Source: Bdellovibrionota bacterium (GTDB lineage Bacteria > Bdellovibrionota_C > UBA2361 > JBGSMV01). From it: DNA of 12,834 nucleotides. The DNA lies in the NCBI GenBank assembly GCA_044356455.1, contig JBIKWF010000118.1:1-12834 (forward strand), given 5' to 3'. Positions 1 to 7,951 of this stretch are shown piece by piece. Position 1 is the stretch's first letter; each line of letters starts with the position of its first letter. Made by a program: the position numbers and the translations under genes. The notes beneath the pieces are model-generated. The model ran no database searches, was not told the DNA's origin, and worked only from the letters and a program-made list of their open reading frames with translations.

Positions 1-2
1 TG

Positions 3-662
3 CTCCTTTTTTCAGAGCAGGTTGAATTCTATATTCCGCCTCGCTCGGGAAAGCGTGCGATTGAGCATGTTCTTCTTACGTTGCTTACGCCCCGCCCCCC
101 TTCTCCAGGAACGAACATTGCCTCTGCTATCACCCATCTCCTTACCCACCAAAAGAAGCGATCGGTAGTTTTTATTGTTTCTGACTTCCATGCGCCCTCT
201 TTTGCGAACGAGCTCAAACACCTGGCGTTTCGAAATGAGGTAATCTTAACTCAGCTTAGTTACGAGAGCCCCTCCGCCTTCCCTGCCGGTGGCTTGACGC
301 TATTTACTGATCCCGAAACGGGAGAAGAGGTCATGGTCGATCTAGGAAGCCGCTCCGTTCGGGAAGCCCTTCAAGCGAAACTGAATACCCACTGGAGCTC
401 CCTTTGCAAAATCGCAAGAGATACCCAGTCGGATCTCTTACAGATTGAAGAGCGCGTTTTGCCCCCACTTATTGAGCTCATGCGAAGACGCGCCCAGCAC
501 CGCGGAGCTCAGGCGGTTCATACGATTGGGCCGAGTGCTCATGGGAATGGTGCGAGCCAAATTACTGCCGCCACAGAGAAGGAATTCGCTGGCAAAGAAT
601 CTAACCCCCGAATCGCGCGAAGCAGCGCCGCCCCGGGACATGCCGTAAAGAAAGGGAGGTAG
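3..662 (+). CDS. DUF58 family protein (VWA-like, MoxR-associated), 5'-truncated by the window edge
   Basis: The frame is open from base 3 (LLFSEQVEFYIPPRSGKRAIEHVLLTLL...), so the track start at 81 is internal. It has the DUF58-type motifs GTNIASAI, VVFIVSDF and FTDPETGE, and lies upstream of batA-like genes. Confidence 0.88.
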   Translation, partial: LLFSEQVEFYIPPRSGKRAIEHVLLTLLTPRPPSPGTNIASAITHLLTHQKKRSVVFIVSDFHAPSFANELKHLAFRNEVILTQLSYESPSAFPAGGLTLFTDPETGEEVMVDLGSRSVREALQAKLNTHWSSLCKIARDTQSDLLQIEERVLPPLIELMRRRAQHRGAQAVHTIGPSAHGNGASQITAATEKEFAGKESNPRIARSSAAPGHAVKKGR

Positions 663-676
663 CCAAGAAGCCGCGC

Positions 677-1249
677 ATGCCCCCTCAAGAACCTCAGATT
701 TACGATATTGCGCCAATTCCCTTCTTTGCGGGGGCCCCCGGGCTTGTCGCATGGGCCATTTTTCTCCTAGGCGCTGCCGCGGTATTGTATTGGGCTTGGA
801 TAAAGACAAGACCTGAGCGAGTCTCGCGAGTCTCTCCTGCCATTGCGAATGCGGTGCTTCGAGATATCGAAGCCGCACGCCTTGCGCTTGCTGCAGAGCG
901 CCCAGACCCTAGGCTCATTAAAGAAGTGCTTGCGGTTTTAAGTATCAGCACAAGGCGCGCGGTCGGACCCGCAGAGAGGTTTGATGCCCTTAGCCCGCAG
1001 CAGCTTGATGCCCGAGTCGCTGAGCTTGAAGCTTCCGGAAAGGCCCCGCCCTACGCACCGCTTCTGCAGCTTCTCGCAGCCGTCGAGTATTATAAATACA
1101 TTCCAGATTCCCTGCTTAAAGAAGAGCACGAACGGCTTCAGACCACCTTTCAGAATTTTGCGCGTATCGCGAAGGAATATTTCTTAAAGCCAACGGTGCT
1201 ACCGCTCGCTCCCTCTGAAACCGCCTCGCAGCCCAAGGAGTTAATTTAG
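677..1249 (+). CDS. Single-TM membrane protein of the bat operon (DUF4381-like)
   Basis: N-terminal 'IYDIAPIP...APG' followed by one TM helix (LVAWAIFLLGAAAVLYWAWI) and a helical domain. It sits between DUF58 and batA, the usual position for this gene. Confidence 0.65.
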   Translation: MPPQEPQIYDIAPIPFFAGAPGLVAWAIFLLGAAAVLYWAWIKTRPERVSRVSPAIANAVLRDIEAARLALAAERPDPRLIKEVLAVLSISTRRAVGPAERFDALSPQQLDARVAELEASGKAPPYAPLLQLLAAVEYYKYIPDSLLKEEHERLQTTFQNFARIAKEYFLKPTVLPLAPSETASQPKELI

Positions 1250-1252
1250 ATC

Positions 1253-2269
1253 ATGGAGCTGCTCTATCCTTTCACCACTATGAGTTTTCAAGCGCCCGCG
1301 GTGCTACTTTTCCCCTTCGTGCTCTTGTTTCTGCTAATCACCCGAAAAGGAAGTCGTCCTTCCGCACCCTGCCCCTCAGGACAACTTCTTGCGAGCGTCC
1401 CTCGTAGTGTCCGTCAAAGGCTAAGAGGCCCGGTACTAGGCGCTCTTGGCGCACTCACCGTTCTTTTCCTCTCTATTGCCGCGGCCCGCCCCCAGAGAGT
1501 CCAAGTGCTCACAAGCCAGAGGGAAAGCCGCAATATTATGCTCGCGATTGACGTTTCTCCCAGCATGGGCGCTCAGGATTTTGCTGCCCTGTTAGGCAGC
1601 GTTTCGAGACTTCGCGCAGTCAAGGAAGTAGTCGTTCAGTTCATAGAAGCCCGCCGGGGCGATAGACTTGGACTTGTCGTATTTGGAGGCGGAGCATTTT
1701 TGCAAAGCCCCCTGACGCTTGATCATGTGCTCGTTCGCCAACTTGTTGAAAGGCTTCAGGTCGGGATGGCCGGAGAAGGAACTGCGATAGGAGACGGACT
1801 AGGAGTTGCCCTTAAACGCGCGGAGTCACTTCCTGCTAAAAGCGCGTCGATCATTCTTCTCACGGATGGTGTGAGCAACGCGGGGAGCGTTAATCCGCTC
1901 AAGGCCGCGAAGGTAGCGGCTGATTTAGGCATTAAGATTCACGCTATCGGAATAGGTTCAAGCAAGCCGGTTACGGTCATTCAGCCAGGAAACATTCTTT
2001 CCAATCTTATTCAGCGGCAAGTGGAGTTTGACGAGGAAACCCTCAAAGAAATTGCGCGCCTTACCGGGGGGACCTATTTTAATGCCGAGAACGTTGAGGG
2101 GCTTAAGGAGGTATACGCTCAAATTGACCGACTTGAGCGTTCCTCTGACGAAGAAAGCTCGAACATGATTGCTGAGGAGCTCTTTCCACCGTTTGCCGCC
2201 CTGGGTTTGCTCGCCTATGTGCTGTATTTGCTTCTTGCTCAGTCTATTTTCATGAGGGTTCCTGAATGA
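1253..2269 (+). CDS. batA: BatA-like VWA domain membrane protein
   Basis: N-terminal TM segments, AAARPQ, MIDAS DVSPS, GDRLGLVVFG, SPLTLDH, GTAIGDGL, LLTDG, IARLTGGTYF and a C-terminal TM. An alternative ATG lies at 1280. Confidence 0.9.
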   Translation: MELLYPFTTMSFQAPAVLLFPFVLLFLLITRKGSRPSAPCPSGQLLASVPRSVRQRLRGPVLGALGALTVLFLSIAAARPQRVQVLTSQRESRNIMLAIDVSPSMGAQDFAALLGSVSRLRAVKEVVVQFIEARRGDRLGLVVFGGGAFLQSPLTLDHVLVRQLVERLQVGMAGEGTAIGDGLGVALKRAESLPAKSASIILLTDGVSNAGSVNPLKAAKVAADLGIKIHAIGIGSSKPVTVIQPGNILSNLIQRQVEFDEETLKEIARLTGGTYFNAENVEGLKEVYAQIDRLERSSDEESSNMIAEELFPPFAALGLLAYVLYLLLAQSIFMRVPE

Positions 2270-4167
2270 ACTCTCAATTTGGAATCATAGAGACCTCGTG
2301 GGCATACCTGCTCCTTGGGCTCATCGCCGCATATATTCTCCTTAAGCGTAGCGAGGGCGTGAGAGCCACCCGTACCGCCCAGCTGCGAGGCGAAAAACAG
2401 AATCTAACGCCCCTTGGCGCGCAGTATCGTGCGCGCCTTTGGATCACGCTTCTTCTGCTTTTTGTAGGTATTTTTGCCGTTCTAAGGCCGTATGGCGGAT
2501 ACGAGGATGTGGAACTTCGCACCTCGGGACGAGATATTCTTGCCATTGTTGACGTAAGCAACAGCATGCTGGCCAGCGATGTGAGCCCCTCTCGTTTAGG
2601 ACTCGTCAAGCGCAAGTTGCTTGACTTGGTGCGCATGCTCAAGGAGGAAGGGCGCCAAGATCGCCTTGGGCTCTTAGTATTTGCCGGGAGGTCAGAACTA
2701 TTTGCCCCGCTTACCGCCGACTACGCCGTTCTCAAGAATTTTGTTAACGCGCTCTCCCCAGATTTAGTTGTGCAGGGAGGATCTGACCTTGAAGGCGCTC
2801 TGCGCTCAGCCGAAGAAGTTTTTGCCGAGCTAAGCTCAGAGCAGCCTCTGGTTTTGGTGTTTACGGACGGGTCAGATGAGGCTCTTTCAAGCGACCTCCT
2901 AGAAGGCTCTTACCGCGCGAAGAAAGTGCCGCTGGTGTTTTTCGGAGTTGGAACCCTTGAGGGCTCGCGCATTGAGGTCGCGCCAGGAGTGCTCGTGACC
3001 GATTATCAAGGACGCGTAGTAATCTCAAAGCTTAATGAAGCAGGTCTTCGCGAGTCTGCCGAGCGTGCCGGTGGTCTCTACTTGAGAAGCCGCCTTGATG
3101 AAGGAGATCTTTTGAGCGCCCTGCAACTTTTGAAAGAACTAAGGGGCGGAAAAGAATTAGATTCTCGCATTCGCGTCTATCGTGAGCTCGGCCCTCTACT
3201 CCTAAAGATTGCTCTCGTGGGTCTCCTCGCACTGGCCCTTACCAAACGTCTTTCTTGGGCCTTTCCCGTGCTCCTTCTATTTGCGCCTCTCGCCGGAGAA
3301 GCAAAGGCCGAGGAGACGGCAGAAAATGAACCTGCCACCTCTCAACAAGCGCCATCTCTCCACGAAGCCTGGAAGGCTTACGGAGCAGAAGATTTCGATG
3401 CTGCGCGCCAAGGATTTGCGGAAGAAGTGCGCAGGCACCCTGAGAATCTTAGGGCGCTGCAGGCTCTTGGTAGTGCAGAATATAAGCTTGGCAATCTGCC
3501 CTCGGCGCTAAAACACTTTAAAGCGCTCGCTGACGCAGCGACTACCGAGAGAGAACGCTTTGAAGGTCTCTACAATAAGGGGAATACAGAACTTGGGCTT
3601 AGAAAATATGACGATGCCATTAAGTCCTACGAGTCCGCCCTAGAGCTTAGGCCTGGGGACGAGAAGGCTGCTCACAATCTTGAGGTAGCAAAGCAGCTCA
3701 AAATGGCGACTCCCCCCCCCAAAAGCCAGCCATCATCCAGCAGCTCCTCTGCTTCTCAGTCGGAAGATAGCGCCTCAAGCGCACCTTCCTCTGAGCAAGA
3801 TTCATCGGAGTCCGGCTCAAGCTCAAGCGAAGAGAGCGGCTCAGACGCAAGCTCCTCCGGCAGCGCGAATTCATCCCAAGGATCTGGCACCAGCGACTCA
3901 AATGAATCCTCAGATACAAGCGGGTCGGCAGGCTCAGAGCAAACCTCCTCGTCTCAAAGGAGTGGTGCCCAAGGAAGCTCAGAGAATGAGGACAATTCCT
4001 CATCGGAGCGAAGTTACTCTCCCTCAGAGCAGGAGAACTCTTCGCATGACGCCGAGGCTCTTAAGGAGCAAGAAGCAAAAGCCTGGCTTGAATCTCTGCC
4101 CGACAGTCCGATGATTCCAAAGCGCGAAGGGCGAAGGCAGATGCGACAAGGGGTGAACACATGGTAA
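2266..4167 (+). CDS. batB: BatB-BatC fusion: VWA domain, TM, TPR repeats and Ser-rich tail
   Basis: ATGA overlap with batA. MIDAS DVSNS, DVSPSRL, PLTADY, FTDG and VISKLNE are present, then TPR motifs (LYNKGN...YDDAIKSYESALELRPGDEKAAHNLE). The C-terminus has EAKAWLESLPD and a terminal Trp. Confidence 0.85.
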   Translation: MNSQFGIIETSWAYLLLGLIAAYILLKRSEGVRATRTAQLRGEKQNLTPLGAQYRARLWITLLLLFVGIFAVLRPYGGYEDVELRTSGRDILAIVDVSNSMLASDVSPSRLGLVKRKLLDLVRMLKEEGRQDRLGLLVFAGRSELFAPLTADYAVLKNFVNALSPDLVVQGGSDLEGALRSAEEVFAELSSEQPLVLVFTDGSDEALSSDLLEGSYRAKKVPLVFFGVGTLEGSRIEVAPGVLVTDYQGRVVISKLNEAGLRESAERAGGLYLRSRLDEGDLLSALQLLKELRGGKELDSRIRVYRELGPLLLKIALVGLLALALTKRLSWAFPVLLLFAPLAGEAKAEETAENEPATSQQAPSLHEAWKAYGAEDFDAARQGFAEEVRRHPENLRALQALGSAEYKLGNLPSALKHFKALADAATTERERFEGLYNKGNTELGLRKYDDAIKSYESALELRPGDEKAAHNLEVAKQLKMATPPPKSQPSSSSSSASQSEDSASSAPSSEQDSSESGSSSSEESGSDASSSGSANSSQGSGTSDSNESSDTSGSAGSEQTSSSQRSGAQGSSENEDNSSSERSYSPSEQENSSHDAEALKEQEAKAWLESLPDSPMIPKREGRRQMRQGVNTW

Positions 4168-5927
4168 CCCAGCGCCTTGTAAGAATCTCGAGAACTAGGG
4201 AGCGAAGTGGCTCGAGCAATCCTCTGCACAAGGAGCCTGCTCTTTGCCTTGCCACGCTTTTGCAAGGGATTTTTGCTATTTCTCTCATCCTGCTTCCTTG
4301 CCTTGCCCTTGGCGAATCTAACCTACCCTCCCTTAGGTTAGAGGTGAACCCGCGCAGCGGAACCGTAGACGATGCTTTCAACTTCACCGTAACCGTTGAA
4401 GGGGAAGGTGCGGACGGCGTCCCATCTTTGTTAGGGGGAGAGGAATTTAAGCTAAGTCTCCTAGGTTCTGATGTGGAGGTAGTAGGCGGCGCCCACGGTC
4501 AGCGCTACCGGATGAATTATCGCTACCAGCTAATTCCCAAGAAGGCAGGCGCACTTATCACACCGGGCGCAGAGCTCGTCGCCGGCGGTAAACGCATCTC
4601 TCAGTCAGGCATTCTTGTTACCGTCGAAACCTCACGGCTTCCTAGTGGTCAAAAGACGGATGATGTCTTTGTGCTCCAAAGCATGGACAGGCAGCAGCTC
4701 TATGTTGGAGAACAAGCCATAAGCAGTCTTGAACTTTACTCGACCAAGGACCTCTACCGCCCCCAATTTTCAGACCTCACCTTTGATGATTTTTGGGCAG
4801 AGTCGCTCCAGGCAGAGGAACCCTTCGAGAGAAACGTAGAGGGCACCAGGTACTGGGTACTGCGCTCTCGCCGCGCGATTTTCCCCTTGAAGGATGGCAC
4901 CATCACGCTCCCCTCTCGGACGGTAAAGGTAGGGGTAATTACCCAAAAGGTGGTGCGGTATCCTGGTTTGGGAGGTCTTTTTAATCTTCAAACGATTGAG
5001 CGCGTTCCCGTCGAGCGAGAGTTACATTCGAACCAAATTCCAATTACGGTGCGTCCACTGCCCCCTGCTCCGCCGGGCTACAAGAATTGGGGACTTGTCA
5101 CACCGGTCGTAGGTGCCACGGCTTTTTCTGGTAGCCTCGATAGAAATTCAGTTCGCACAGGTGAAACGGCAACTCTGACAGTAAAGCTCCTCAGCACGGG
5201 AAACATCTCTGGAATTCGGGAGATTCCCCTCTCGAACCGCAGCGACCTGCGAGTGTACCAAGATACGCCCGAGTCACAGCTTCAAGAGCGGGCAGGACAG
5301 GCCGTTTTCATGAAGACTTTTAAGTTGTCTATTGTTCCCCTTTCACCAGGGGTGCACAAAATTCCAGAAATCGTTTTGGATTATTTTGATCCACGCGCAA
5401 AGTCCTACAGGCGTGCGGAGCTTAAAGACTTACAGCTGGTTGCTTCGGGGAATGCGCTCATGCGTGAGAGTTCCTCCGGCGCGTCCTCCTCAACGCAGCA
5501 AGCGATCTCTTCCTCAGCACCCATGAAAGAGCTTGCACCTGAGCTCCCTGAAGAGGGCCTGCTGCACTCCGCGCTTAACGCGGTCAGCACAGGCAGTCTG
5601 CTCATGGCTCTCCTCGGACTCGCTATACTGGGGGGCGTAACCTTTTTACTCCTAAAGCCACGAGGAGAAGAGGTAGTGTGGGCCGGAACCTCAGACGAAG
5701 CTCAAGAGGAGTTTCTTTCACTGCTGCGCGAGAGGTGTGGCCTATCACCAAGTTCGGGTTTTGAAGCCCTGCGCGCAGGCATACGGCGCTCAGTGCTTGA
5801 GGAGGCTCTTGCCTTTGAGCTGCTTGAGGTCGTCGATAAACTTGAGCGTGCGCGCGGCAGGCCGCATGAGGCTCTTATCAAACATATAGAGGCCCTAATA
5901 CCGCCGCTACGGTCAAGCCGGAAGTAG
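4161..5927 (+). CDS. batD: BatD family protein
   Basis: The start overlaps the upstream TGGTAA. It has a signal-like hydrophobic segment, repeated beta-rich modules (YQLIPKKAG, LYVGEQ, AIFPLKDG, VRPLP, GNI, YFDPRAKSY) and a C-terminal TM. Confidence 0.87.
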   Translation: MVTQRLVRISRTRERSGSSNPLHKEPALCLATLLQGIFAISLILLPCLALGESNLPSLRLEVNPRSGTVDDAFNFTVTVEGEGADGVPSLLGGEEFKLSLLGSDVEVVGGAHGQRYRMNYRYQLIPKKAGALITPGAELVAGGKRISQSGILVTVETSRLPSGQKTDDVFVLQSMDRQQLYVGEQAISSLELYSTKDLYRPQFSDLTFDDFWAESLQAEEPFERNVEGTRYWVLRSRRAIFPLKDGTITLPSRTVKVGVITQKVVRYPGLGGLFNLQTIERVPVERELHSNQIPITVRPLPPAPPGYKNWGLVTPVVGATAFSGSLDRNSVRTGETATLTVKLLSTGNISGIREIPLSNRSDLRVYQDTPESQLQERAGQAVFMKTFKLSIVPLSPGVHKIPEIVLDYFDPRAKSYRRAELKDLQLVASGNALMRESSSGASSSTQQAISSSAPMKELAPELPEEGLLHSALNAVSTGSLLMALLGLAILGGVTFLLLKPRGEEVVWAGTSDEAQEEFLSLLRERCGLSPSSGFEALRAGIRRSVLEEALAFELLEVVDKLERARGRPHEALIKHIEALIPPLRSSRK

Positions 5928-5943
5928 CCCCAAAGAGGAGTTC

Positions 5944-6321
5944 TTATTTTGCAAGAACCACAATTGCCGCTAGAGCCACAAGCGCGAGACTTACGAGCCA
6001 AGCCGCATTTCCCTTTGACGCAGTCTTGTAAGACACCGTAAGCCAGGCCCCAAGCCCAAGCCAAACGGCGAATTTTACAAGAACCCACCAGGGAAGTGGC
6101 CAATGGATTTGAAGCCTTGCAAGCATCCCGAAACCGCCAAGCAGAACCAGGAACAGCCCAATTCCGTGGGTGAGCGCGATGATTTTTCTCGTGAGAGCCG
6201 GTTTTTGCTCCCCTGAAAGAGAGACGCTGACCCGAGACGCCGCAAAAGCAGCCCCAAGGCCCATAACAACGCCACAAATGCCAAGGATATGAATAAGCTT
6301 ATAAACCGAATAGGAAATCAT
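5944..6321 (-). CDS. Small multi-TM (about 4) membrane protein, SirB/HemJ/DUF2269-like
   Basis: GGAGG RBS upstream of the ATG. Hydrophobic helices carry YKLIH, THGIG and WVLVK motifs. Confidence 0.7.
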   Translation of the reverse strand: MISYSVYKLIHILGICGVVMGLGAAFAASRVSVSLSGEQKPALTRKIIALTHGIGLFLVLLGGFGMLARLQIHWPLPWWVLVKFAVWLGLGAWLTVSYKTASKGNAAWLVSLALVALAAIVVLAK

Positions 6322-6462
6322 CTAAGGCCCTCCAAAATCGCCCTTGGAGACTAGCAGCACCTTAGGCAAAGGGGGAGAGCTCGAAGGATCGTATATTTCT
6401 GCCTTCAGTCCAATTGACTAAGTAGATTTAACCAGTTACTGATTCGGTCTCAAACAGCGTAC

Positions 6463-6536
<74 letters not shown>

Positions 6537-6814
6537 GTTTTGCCCGCTCGCCGCTCAGGGCCAAGGGGCTGCGCCCCTCGCGCCCTGATCGGGCGCTCAC
6601 CCGCTTTCTTTCTTGGACCGCTGCGCGGTCTGAGGGGCTTATTTTAATCCTTAATTGTAGCTTGGTTGCCGGGGCGTTTTGCCTGCTCGCCGCTCAGGGC
6701 CAAGGGGCTGCGCCCCTCGCGCCCTGATCGGGCGCTCACCCGCTTTCTTTCTTGGACCGCTGCGCGGTCTGAGGGGCTTATTTTACCCCTTATTTGTGGC
6801 TTGGTTGCCGGGGC
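6537..6814 (+). repeat. Two tandem 139-bp direct repeats (6537-6675, 6676-6814) with internal hairpins
   Basis: Alignment by eye gives 5 substitutions in 139 bp and no indels. A 7-bp start of a third unit (GCTTTGC) lies at 6815. Confidence 0.95.
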
Positions 6815-6841
6815 GCTTTGCGGGGTTGGCCTTCATGGTAG

Positions 6842-6863
6842 GGCGCCCTGTCCCCAGGGCGCC
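6842..6863. repeat. Perfect 9-bp stem hairpin
   Basis: GGCGCCCTG-TCCC-CAGGGCGCC. No U-tract follows directly, so I do not call it a terminator. Confidence 0.75.
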
Positions 6864-6914
6864 GCAAGATCTCTCTTCCCGCCCTCGCTTTTTCACCCCG
6901 GCCCACTCCGCCCT

Positions 6915-6943
6915 TTGCCCGAGCCGCCAGGGTGTCGTAACCT
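6915..6943 (+). promoter_or_regulatory. Putative sigma70-type promoter for the flippase-like gene
   Basis: TTGCCC-N17-TAACCT, ending 9 nt before ATG 6953. Confidence 0.4.
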
Positions 6944-6952
6944 CCCGGGACA

Positions 6953-7948
6953 ATGAAGCTTCAAGCATTTATAAAACTGGCTATAAGCGCCCTCATGCTG
7001 GTGGTCGTGTACCGCCTCGTGGATTTTGACGCGCTTAAAACTACCATTCTTAGCGTCCCGCTCTCCCTAGTTCTGATTACCGTCTTAGGCTTCACGGCAA
7101 CTCAGGTTATTAGCTCCGTAAGGTGGTGGCTTCTCGCGCGCGCCGCCCAGATTAACGCTCCCTACCCTCTGGCATTAAAGGCATTTTTTATCGGCATGTA
7201 TGCGAACTGCTTTGGGCTCGGCACCCTGGGCGGCGACATGCTTCGCGGAGCTCTGCTTGCGCCAGGCAAGGGACAACGCACTCAATCTATCGCCTCCGCA
7301 TTTGCCGATAGGGCAATCGGGCTCGCCGTACTCGCCACTATTGGGGTCATTGCCGTTGCCTTCACCGAAGGCCACCACATGGACTCACAGTTTGTTTACG
7401 TGCTGCTCGGCGTTGGCCTTGTTGTCTTACTTGGCTGGCTTGTTGCACCCTTTGTCGTTCTTCGGGTGGTGCCAGAGTCCAACCCCTTTCGGAAAAAGAT
7501 TGAGCAAGTCATGGCGGTTTTTAGCCGTGACCCAAGCTCACTCGCGCTTGTGGTCCTGGTCGCGGTGATTTTCCACCTCTCTCAAATTACCCTCCAGTGG
7601 TACATGGCCCAGGGACTTGGGCTCGATGTCCCTTTTGTTTCGATGCTCGTTACGGTTCCTTTTGTGAACATTCTAAGCACCCTCCCCATCACGTGGAACG
7701 GTGTTGGAGTTCGGGAAAAGGCTTACATCTTCTTCTTCACCCCTGCTATTTTTACTAGAGAACAAGCAGTAACGATGGGAGCGCTATGGCTGCTAGCCGT
7801 GACTGCGGCAAGCGCCGTCGGCGGAATCCTTGCTTTTCTGAGCGGTGGGCTTTCCAATCTTGAGAAACGTGAACTTGGGGCTGAGGCAGCAGAGCCACTC
7901 AATTCGAGCCCATCAAATGCTGGGATTGCAACGCCCCCCAAAGCTTAA
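6953..7948 (+). CDS. Lysylphosphatidylglycerol-synthase-TM / UPF0104 flippase-like membrane protein
   Basis: Polytopic protein with the family motifs RW..L, FIG...N, GGD..R, DR, and LPIT.NG.GVRE. There is no C-terminal GNAT-type synthase domain. Confidence 0.87.
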   Translation: MKLQAFIKLAISALMLVVVYRLVDFDALKTTILSVPLSLVLITVLGFTATQVISSVRWWLLARAAQINAPYPLALKAFFIGMYANCFGLGTLGGDMLRGALLAPGKGQRTQSIASAFADRAIGLAVLATIGVIAVAFTEGHHMDSQFVYVLLGVGLVVLLGWLVAPFVVLRVVPESNPFRKKIEQVMAVFSRDPSSLALVVLVAVIFHLSQITLQWYMAQGLGLDVPFVSMLVTVPFVNILSTLPITWNGVGVREKAYIFFFTPAIFTREQAVTMGALWLLAVTAASAVGGILAFLSGGLSNLEKRELGAEAAEPLNSSPSNAGIATPPKA

Positions 7949-7951
7949 CTG

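Noticed and set aside
5702..6277. 191-aa minus-strand ORF overlapping the batD end and the membrane protein gene
   Set aside because: It overlaps two better-supported genes and its composition is not protein-like.
6414..6442. Sigma70 promoter for the tRNA (TTGACT -35)
   Set aside because: The -10 at 17-bp spacing (TACTGA) lacks the conserved final T, so it is too weak to call.
6537..6814. CRISPR array interpretation of the tandem repeats
   Set aside because: The units are 139 bp and near-identical throughout, with no unique spacers and no cas genes in the window.
6666..7029. ORFs 6666..6956, 6679..7029 and 6783..6968
   Set aside because: They run through the GC-rich repeat, have Arg/Pro-rich non-protein-like composition and lack an RBS.
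6953..7948. Calling this gene mprF
   Set aside because: At 331 aa it has only the membrane domain, with no aminoacyl-transferase domain.
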